Assembly (NCBI GenBank): GCA_003216235.1
Contig: QCJE01000003.1
Location: 5,542-69,541, forward strand
Length of the DNA: 64,000 nt
Direction: 5' to 3'
Source of the DNA: Pelagibacteraceae bacterium AG-404-P07
GTDB taxonomy: Bacteria > Pseudomonadota > Alphaproteobacteria > Pelagibacterales > Pelagibacteraceae
Below, one piece after another: positions 57,639 to 64,000 of this stretch; position 1 is the stretch's first letter, and each line of letters begins with the position of its first letter. The notes below the pieces were generated by a model. It was not told the origin of the DNA and did not search any database. It saw only the letters and a list, made by a program, of their open reading frames with translations. The translations under genes and the position numbers were made by a program.

Positions 57639-58412
57639 ATGGAAATTAATATAAACTGTGATTTAGGTGAAAAATCAAAACATCACTCTAACAAATATGA
57701 TCCAGATTTGTTAAAAATTGTAAATTCTGCGAATGTTGCATGTGGTTATCACGCTGGAGATGAAGAGACTATGCATCAAGTAATTGAAATTTCTAAAAAG
57801 AATGGTGTGAGCATTGGGGCACATCCATCATTTAATGATCCTGAGAATTTTGGTAGAGAAAGAATGAATTTATCTACTGCTGAAGTAGAAAAACTTATAA
57901 TTGATCAATATGAAATACTCCAAAAAATTGCATCTAAGTATGGTGAGAATGTAACTCACATAAAACCTCATGGAGCTTTAAATAATATGGCTTGTGAGGA
58001 TATTGATTTAGCAACAACGCTTGCAAAATGCATTAAAGGAATAAATAAAGATTTGATATATTTGGTCCCAACTGGATCAAAAATGGAACAAACAGCAAAA
58101 AAACTAGATATGAAAATAGCATGTGAGATTTTTGCTGATAGAAATTATGAGGATGATGGTAATCTAGTGTCTAGAAAAAAACCTCATGCACTTATCACTG
58201 ATCCTGAAAAAGCAAAAAAGCATGTTTTAAAAATGGTTAAAACTCAGTCACTTAATTGTCACAGCGGAAAACAAATACCTTGCGAAATAGATTCTGTGTG
58301 TATACATGGGGATAATCAAAGTTCATTAGCTACCGCTCGTTCAATAAAAGAAAATTTGACTGAAAATGGTTTAAAGCTAAAAAAACTTAATGAAATGAAA
58401 AAATTTATATAA
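57639..58412 (+). CDS. pxpA: 5-oxoprolinase subunit A (LamB/YcsF)
   Basis: Motifs INCDLGE, SANVACGYHAGD, IGAHPS, HIKPHGAL, FADRNY and CIHGD. Start placed at ATG 57639 (MEININCD). Confidence 0.9.
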   Translation: MEININCDLGEKSKHHSNKYDPDLLKIVNSANVACGYHAGDEETMHQVIEISKKNGVSIGAHPSFNDPENFGRERMNLSTAEVEKLIIDQYEILQKIASKYGENVTHIKPHGALNNMACEDIDLATTLAKCIKGINKDLIYLVPTGSKMEQTAKKLDMKIACEIFADRNYEDDGNLVSRKKPHALITDPEKAKKHVLKMVKTQSLNCHSGKQIPCEIDSVCIHGDNQSSLATARSIKENLTENGLKLKKLNEMKKFI

Positions 58413-58909
58413 TGATTAAAAAAACAATTTTATTACTTTTTACTTATTTTTTGATCACTTCAAATGTATTTAGCGCTGGAAGTAGTGGTGACGGGGGTGA
58501 AAGCAAAGTTAAAAAATTAAGTTCTTATGACTCTGCTGTTATTAAAATTAAAAAAGCTAAAAAATACGAAAAAAAAGGCAAAGCTAAAAAAGCTAAAAAA
58601 TCTTATAATGAAGCTTTAAAATATCTTTATAAAGCAAATAAAGAAAAACCTTTTGATCCAGATACATTGAATTATTTAGGATTTGCAAATAGAAAAGTAG
58701 ACAACATTAAAGATGCAGAAATTTATTATTTAATGGGTCTAGAAATAGATCCAAAACATAATGGTATAAATGAATATTTGGGTGAGCTTTACGTTTATAC
58801 TAATAGGCATAATCTTGCAGTAGAAAGACTGGAAGTTTTGAAAGGTTGTAACTGTGAAGAGTATGACCAACTGAAAGCAGTAATTGCTGGAGAAGCCTCT
58901 AAATATTAA
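58412..58909 (+). CDS. Exported TPR-repeat protein
   Basis: Signal peptide; TPR-like DTLNYLGFANRK...A..YY..GLEIDPKHNGINEYLGELY segment. Confidence 0.8.
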   Translation: MIKKTILLLFTYFLITSNVFSAGSSGDGGESKVKKLSSYDSAVIKIKKAKKYEKKGKAKKAKKSYNEALKYLYKANKEKPFDPDTLNYLGFANRKVDNIKDAEIYYLMGLEIDPKHNGINEYLGELYVYTNRHNLAVERLEVLKGCNCEEYDQLKAVIAGEASKY

Positions 58910-60216
58910 TTTATATTTTTAATCATTTGTTCAGGCATCCATAAAGCAATTTCTGGAAAAATAACTACAAGTATTACAGCTAAAACCATTAATAAGAATA
59001 AAGGGAATGCACTTCTTGCAATATATCCCATGTCTTTATTTGCCATTCCTTGTAGAACAAATAAATTAAATCCCACTGGAGGGGTAATTTGTGCCATCTC
59101 AACTACAATAACTAAAAATATTCCAAACCAAATCATATCAAACCCTGCTTGTCTAATCATCGGCTCAATTATAGCCATGGTAAGAACTACTGCTGAAATA
59201 CCATCAAGAAACATTCCTAAAATTATGTAAAAGATCATTAAAACGAAAATTAACACATATGGTGAAAGATCCATATTGTTAATCCAAATAGCTAAATTTC
59301 TAGGCAAACCGGTAAAACCCATAGCTAAAGATAAAAATGTCGAGCCTGCCAATATAAAAGCTATCATACATGAAGTTTTTGTTGCACCTAATAATGACGA
59401 TTTAAATGTATCTAAATTCAAACTTTTTTGGAAGAAAGACAAAATTAACGCCCCAACAACTCCCAGTGAAGCAGCCTCTGTTGCAGTTGCTATCCCGGTA
59501 TATATTGATCCAATTACTGCTAAAATTAATAGTATCACTGGTAAAAGTTGTTTAGATCTTTTAATTTTTTCAAAAAATGAATATTCTTCAAGAATTTTAG
59601 GCATTTCCTTTTTATTAATTAAAGACCAAATTATTACATAAGACATAAATATTAGAGCAATCATTATTCCAGGAATAATTCCTGCAATAAACAATTTTGC
59701 TATAGACTCTTGTACAGCAACTCCATAAATTATTAATATAATTGAAGGCGGTATCAACAACCCTAGAGTTCCTGATCCAGCTAAACTTCCTAATAAAATT
59801 TTTTCAGGATAATTCCTTTTTCTCAATTCAGGGATAGACATCTTACCTACAGTTGCAACAGTTGCAGCAGATGATCCCGATATAGCAGCAAATAAGGCAC
59901 AACCAACAACATTTACATGAATTAAACCACCAGGTAATTTTTGCATCCAAGGGGATAAACCTTTAAATAAATTTTCTGAAAGTTTTGTTCTAAAAAGAAT
60001 TTCTCCCATCCAAACAAATAAAGGCAAAGCAGTCAATGTCCACGAGGATGATGTACCCCAAATTGTTGTTGCCATAGCATCGCCAACTGGTCTTGAAGTA
60101 AATAGCATCATTCCTATTGCTGATACACCAATCATACTTATTGCTACCCATATGCCAGATCCTAAAAAAAATAATAAAACACTAATAAAAAATACTGTTA
60201 AAAATATTTCTGTCAT
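58906..60216 (-). CDS. dctM: TRAP transporter large permease (DctM)
   Basis: Motifs ALPLFVWMGE, FAAISGSSAAT, GTLGLLIPPS, TATEAA and ITPPVGFNLFV. Confidence 0.92.
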   Translation of the reverse strand: MTEIFLTVFFISVLLFFLGSGIWVAISMIGVSAIGMMLFTSRPVGDAMATTIWGTSSSWTLTALPLFVWMGEILFRTKLSENLFKGLSPWMQKLPGGLIHVNVVGCALFAAISGSSAATVATVGKMSIPELRKRNYPEKILLGSLAGSGTLGLLIPPSIILIIYGVAVQESIAKLFIAGIIPGIMIALIFMSYVIIWSLINKKEMPKILEEYSFFEKIKRSKQLLPVILLILAVIGSIYTGIATATEAASLGVVGALILSFFQKSLNLDTFKSSLLGATKTSCMIAFILAGSTFLSLAMGFTGLPRNLAIWINNMDLSPYVLIFVLMIFYIILGMFLDGISAVVLTMAIIEPMIRQAGFDMIWFGIFLVIVVEMAQITPPVGFNLFVLQGMANKDMGYIARSAFPLFLLMVLAVILVVIFPEIALWMPEQMIKNIN

Positions 60217-60699
60217 CTAATTACTTTTTACTGTTAAAATAAATTTGTGGAAAACGCTTATAAAAAAAATGGTTGATCCAATCCCAACGCTTGTTTGTGG
60301 TATCCAAATAAGTATTTCATCAGCACCTTCGCTACGTTCCTGAAATTTATAAGAAATGATTAGCATTTTAACAAAATAAAAAGCTAAATATCCTGAGAAA
60401 AAACAAGCTACACTCAAGCACCAAATCTCTATTAATCTTTTTTTGAGCCCTGAAAGTTTTTCTAAAAAGAGTGTTATTCTTATGTGGCCTCCTTCAACAA
60501 ATGTATAAGCTAAAGCAAAAAAAGAAGCTGAGGCCATACAATAACCTGAATATTCTGCAAGACCTCTGATGTAAAACCCAAATATTCTTGATGAAATACC
60601 AAGTAGAATAAATACGGCTACTAAAATTAAAAAAAAGGCTGCAATATAACCAGAAAATTTGTAAAGCTTATTTAAATTTTTATCAAAAAATTCTGACAT
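60217..60699 (-). CDS. dctQ: TRAP transporter small permease (DctQ)
   Basis: Four TMs and a GGHIRITL motif; lies between dctP and dctM. Confidence 0.9.
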   Translation of the reverse strand: MSEFFDKNLNKLYKFSGYIAAFFLILVAVFILLGISSRIFGFYIRGLAEYSGYCMASASFFALAYTFVEGGHIRITLFLEKLSGLKKRLIEIWCLSVACFFSGYLAFYFVKMLIISYKFQERSEGADEILIWIPQTSVGIGSTIFFISVFHKFILTVKSN

Positions 60700-60707
60700 A
60701 ATAATTT

Positions 60708-60734
60708 AAGGCCACTTAAATTTTAAGTGGCCTT
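60708..60734 (-). terminator. Stem-loop between dctP and dctQ (attenuating terminator or mRNA stabiliser)
   Basis: Perfect inverted repeat AAGGCCACTTAAA-T-TTTAAGTGGCCTT, 17 nt after the dctP stop. Confidence 0.7.
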
Positions 60735-60751
60735 TAATTAGTTAATCTTAA

Positions 60752-61723
60752 TTATTTATAAGCTGATAAAACAGTAGCTCCTCTTGATCCAGCTTTTTGA
60801 GTCCACTCTTTAGCCATGGTCTCTCCAACTTTTTCAAAATGAGTTTTTAGTGTTGAATTAACTTTTCCAACTACCATTCCAGCATTTGCCAAAGCCTTTT
60901 TGTCGGCCACATTTCCTTGTTTTGATAATTGCCAACCTTTTCTTTCTGCTAGCGCTGCTTGCTTCATAACTATATCCTGTGTAGAGCTATCTAATTTATT
61001 CCATGCATCTTTGTTCACAATAATCATATTTTTTGGAAACCAAGCTGCAATATCATAAAAATACTTCACTCCATTTTCCCAGATTTTAGAATTTTTTCCT
61101 GTTGTAGGTGAAGTGATCATACTTTCAACAGCTCCTGTCGAGAAAGCTTGACTAATTTCGGCAGCTTCAATTTTAGTTGGAGCCATTCCAGTTAGTTCAG
61201 CTATTCTAATAGTTGCTGAATTATATGCTCTAAATTTTAATCCTTTAAGATCGTTAACAGAGTTAATTTCTTTTTTACTGTACAATCCTTGTGCTGGCCA
61301 TGGTACAGCATATAAAAATACTAAACCTTTTTCATCTAGGCTTTTAACGATTTCATCTTTTGAAGCTTTGTATAATTTCATAGCATCAGAATAAGATGAG
61401 GCTAAAAAAGGTTGAGAGTCTATCTCCAACAAAGGGTCTTCTTTTCCTAAAGCTGACATAAATCGTTCGCCTATTTGTGCTTGGCCTGTTCTTACTGCTC
61501 TAAAGATTTCTCCACCCTTAAATAAAGATCCTCCAGGATGAGTAACTATTATTAACTTACCGCCTGTTTTTTCAGTAACATTTTTTGCAAATTCAGCTGC
61601 ATTAGCAGAATGAAAATTACTTGCTCCATATGCAAGGGCCATATCCCATTTTTCCGCTAAAGCAATATTTATTGACAAAATTGATGAAACTAAAATACTA
61701 AAAAAATATTTTATTAACTTCAT
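60752..61723 (-). CDS. dctP: TRAP transporter solute-binding protein (DctP)
   Basis: Signal peptide, WDMALAY..SNFH, HPGGSL, DLKGLKFRAYN (conserved Arg) and a strong GGAGGA RBS. Confidence 0.92.
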   Translation of the reverse strand: MKLIKYFFSILVSSILSINIALAEKWDMALAYGASNFHSANAAEFAKNVTEKTGGKLIIVTHPGGSLFKGGEIFRAVRTGQAQIGERFMSALGKEDPLLEIDSQPFLASSYSDAMKLYKASKDEIVKSLDEKGLVFLYAVPWPAQGLYSKKEINSVNDLKGLKFRAYNSATIRIAELTGMAPTKIEAAEISQAFSTGAVESMITSPTTGKNSKIWENGVKYFYDIAAWFPKNMIIVNKDAWNKLDSSTQDIVMKQAALAERKGWQLSKQGNVADKKALANAGMVVGKVNSTLKTHFEKVGETMAKEWTQKAGSRGATVLSAYK

Positions 61724-61836
61724 TTATCCTCCATTTTTTTTAAACGTATTTCATATTGTATTAAATAATTTATCAATAAAAAAATTATACTACTTTTAAT
61801 TGAATTTTTTTTTATATCGAATATTATGTTTCTACT

Positions 61837-62448
61837 TTGTTACAAGAATTACTTATATTAGCTCAAATTATTTTTATTACAATTATCTTAACAGCAGATA
61901 ATGCGATAATCATTGGTGTCATTTCAGCTAATTTTATTCCAAAAAATAAAAAACAAATAATTTATTGGGGTGTTGCTGGTGCTCTAATTTTTAAAGTTAT
62001 ATTTGCACTTTTTGCTACTTATTTATTTAAATTCTACTTTATAAAGATATTAGGTGGTCTACTTTTAATTTGGATAGTAAATGATTTAAGAAAAGACCTC
62101 TTTGAAATTAAAAAGATAAAATCACCAACTAAAAGATCTAAAGAACCATCTTTTATACAAAGTGTTTATAAAGTTTTATTTGCAGACATAATGATTAGTT
62201 TTGATAATGTAATTGGAGTGGTTGGTGCAGCTAAAGGAAATTTTAGTTTTATGATCTTTGGACTTGTACTTTCTGTTGTTCTAACAGGAGCTTTAGCAAC
62301 ATATCTTGCAAGCTATATTCAGAAACATTTGTGGATAGCTTATGTCGGTCTAATTTTTATCTTATTAGTAGCACTACAACTCGTGATTGGAGGATTAGTG
62401 GACCTCGATATCTTGTCAATTAATAAAGAGTTTAGAAAATATTTTTAA
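61837..62448 (+). CDS. TerC/YjbE-family membrane protein
   Basis: ILTADNAIIIG and ADIMISFDNVIGVVGAA motifs; TTG start. Confidence 0.85.
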   Translation: MLQELLILAQIIFITIILTADNAIIIGVISANFIPKNKKQIIYWGVAGALIFKVIFALFATYLFKFYFIKILGGLLLIWIVNDLRKDLFEIKKIKSPTKRSKEPSFIQSVYKVLFADIMISFDNVIGVVGAAKGNFSFMIFGLVLSVVLTGALATYLASYIQKHLWIAYVGLIFILLVALQLVIGGLVDLDILSINKEFRKYF

Positions 62449-62457
62449 ATATATAAT

Positions 62458-63315
62458 TTGCCATTAAAACATTTATCAATTCTAATATTTATTATGATCG
62501 CTCATGGAAGTGCTTTTCCAGTTGCAAAATTAGCTCTCAACAACTCTGTTCCTCCAATTTTAATGGCATCATTAAGGATGGGATTGGTTTTTATGATATT
62601 AGTTCCATTTTGGAAATTTAAACTACCTGAAAAAAAATATTTAAAATCTCTTATATTTTTTTCATTTTCAATGGGCGTATTTGTTTATGCTTTTATGAAC
62701 TTATCATTATTTCATTCTTCAATAATTTCTCCAATAATTTTAGGATCTCAATTAGCAATACCGTTTGGAATCTTAGCTAGCGCATTTATACTGGATGAAA
62801 ATATAAGTAAAAATAAATGGATATTAATTTTTACTTCATTTTTAGGAATAATAGTTATCTTTTTTGATCCAAAGTTAACAGAAAATTATTTAGGTTTGTT
62901 TTTCGCAAGCTTAATGGCTTTATTTTTTGGTTTAGCTCAAGTCTATTCTAGACAATTAAAAGAGCTTCCAACAAGTATGATTAACGCGAGTACGGGACTT
63001 TTTGGTTTTATAATATTATTAATTGTTTCTTTTTTTTTAGAAGGAAATGTTATTTATAATTTTAAAAATATAAATTATAACTCTTGGTTATTGATTTCTT
63101 ATCAAGCTATTATCGTTTCTTTATGTGCTCATTTGTTAATGTTCTATTTGTATAAGTTTTATACTGTCGGGAGAATTTTCCCTTTTTACTCTTTATTTCC
63201 AATTTTTGGAATTCTTCTCACTTACTTAATTTTCAATGAAGTACCAACTATGTTGTTCATATTGGGTGGTATAATCGTTATAACTTCAGTCTTTTTCTTA
63301 CATAAAATAAATTAA
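62458..63315 (+). CDS. DMT/EamA-family transporter
   Basis: About 10 TMs in two EamA repeats (PP.LMA.LR, L.PIFGI...Y....E); TTG start. Confidence 0.82.
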   Translation: MPLKHLSILIFIMIAHGSAFPVAKLALNNSVPPILMASLRMGLVFMILVPFWKFKLPEKKYLKSLIFFSFSMGVFVYAFMNLSLFHSSIISPIILGSQLAIPFGILASAFILDENISKNKWILIFTSFLGIIVIFFDPKLTENYLGLFFASLMALFFGLAQVYSRQLKELPTSMINASTGLFGFIILLIVSFFLEGNVIYNFKNINYNSWLLISYQAIIVSLCAHLLMFYLYKFYTVGRIFPFYSLFPIFGILLTYLIFNEVPTMLFILGGIIVITSVFFLHKIN

Positions 63316-63388
63316 TTTGCATATTGAATTATTATTTAAATAAGCTTTAATTTACCTTTTATAAATTGTTAACAAATAGAGGAATATA

Positions 63389-64000
63389 ATGAAAAAACTA
63401 TTTATTGCTGCATTTATTTTTGTTTCTACTTTTACAACAAATGTTTTTGCAGAAGTTAAGATGGGAATTATTTTAGGATTTACTGGTCCTATCGAGTCCC
63501 TTACTCCAGCTATGGCTGCCTCTGCTGAGCTTGCATTTAAAGAAGCTTCAGACTCAGGTTCGTTATTAGGAGGTGAAACTATTTCAGTAATAAGAGCAGA
63601 CTCAACTTGTGTTGATTCAGCAGCAGCAACAGCAGCAGCTGAGGGTGTTATTTCACAAGGAGTAGCAGCTATTATGGGTGCTGACTGTTCAGGTGTAACT
63701 GGAGCGATTGCTTCGAACGTTGCTGTACCAAATGGTGTAGTGATGATTTCACCATCAGCTACATCACCAGGATTAACAACTCTAGATGATAAAGGATATT
63801 TTTTTAGAACTGCACCATCAGATGCAAGAGGTGGTCAGATTTTAGCTGATATTACTAAAGACAGAAAAGTTAAAAGCGTTGCAATCACGTACACAAATAA
63901 TGACTATGGAAAAGGTTTAGCAGATGTTTACAAGGCAGCTGTTGAGGCTCATGGTATCAAAGTAACTGCTGTAACTGCTCACGAAGATGGTAAAGCAGAT
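63389..64000 (+). CDS. ABC transporter solute-binding protein, LivJ/BraC-like (runs off the window; absent from the supplied ORF track)
   Basis: GAGGA RBS then ATG at 63389: MKKLFIAAFIFVSTFTTNVFAEVKMGIILGFTGPIESL...GADCSGVT...ISPSATSP...FFRTAPSD...YTNNDYGKGL; the frame is open to 64000. Confidence 0.9.
   Translation, partial: MKKLFIAAFIFVSTFTTNVFAEVKMGIILGFTGPIESLTPAMAASAELAFKEASDSGSLLGGETISVIRADSTCVDSAAATAAAEGVISQGVAAIMGADCSGVTGAIASNVAVPNGVVMISPSATSPGLTTLDDKGYFFRTAPSDARGGQILADITKDRKVKSVAITYTNNDYGKGLADVYKAAVEAHGIKVTAVTAHEDGKAD

Noticed and set aside
242-59641. Many short ORFs antisense to or overlapping real genes (e.g. 242-472, 1309-1515, 6249-6506, 6579-6926, 8768-9082, 13598-13855, 22847-23491, 30517-30888, 39101-39505, 53692-54371, 59030-59641)
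   Set aside because: They lie within or largely overlap well-supported genes, are rich in F/I/L/S as expected for the reverse complement of Lys/Glu/Asn-rich AT-biased genes, and carry no family motifs.
63366-63375. Palindrome TTGTTAACAA just upstream of the ABC binding-protein RBS
   Set aside because: It could be an operator, but a single 10-bp AT-rich palindrome with no second copy or nearby regulator cannot be told from chance.
1-64000. tRNA/rRNA genes, CRISPR arrays, IS elements, prophage or defence systems
   Set aside because: No GC-rich structural-RNA island other than the glycine riboswitch, no regularly spaced repeats, and no transposase, integrase, phage structural or nuclease ORFs. 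Nearly all sequence is accounted for by CDSs.

Overview
Very AT-rich, gene-dense window with minimal intergenic spacers and frequent gene overlaps. Gene content and order point to a streamlined marine alphaproteobacterium of the SAR11/Pelagibacter type (my inference). Bases 1-26.6 kb are mostly core housekeeping: accC, NDUFA12, aspS, hda, purMN, ndk, pepA, lptFGD-surA-pdxA-rsmA, gmk-acpP-fabG-fabD, rpsF-rpsR-rplI-dnaB, an MMPL transporter, cvpA-purF. This part also holds an orphan C-terminal fragment of class II ribonucleotide reductase. Bases 26.6-64 kb form a glycine/C1/small-amine metabolic neighbourhood: a PhnZ-like HD oxygenase, a DMT-creatinase-amidinotransferase cassette, Moco genes, an NAD-dependent formate dehydrogenase operon (with IscU-like, HPP, FdhD and SelO), TspO plus a FOXRED1-like flavoprotein, gcvTHP under a tandem glycine riboswitch, 5-oxoprolinase pxpABC, a TRAP transporter and the start of an ABC solute-binding protein. 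The two best candidates for an under-described system are: (1) a furan-fatty-acid-type cassette (UfaD/UfaO/UfaM-like plus DUF3833 and an SDR) sitting 6 nt behind gcvP, apparently in the glycine-riboswitch transcript; and (2) a creatinase paired with an AGAT-type amidinotransferase and no methyltransferase, which suggests a guanidino-group salvage or shunt. I saw no tRNA, rRNA, CRISPR array or mobile element. All family assignments come from motif recognition by eye; no database searches were run.
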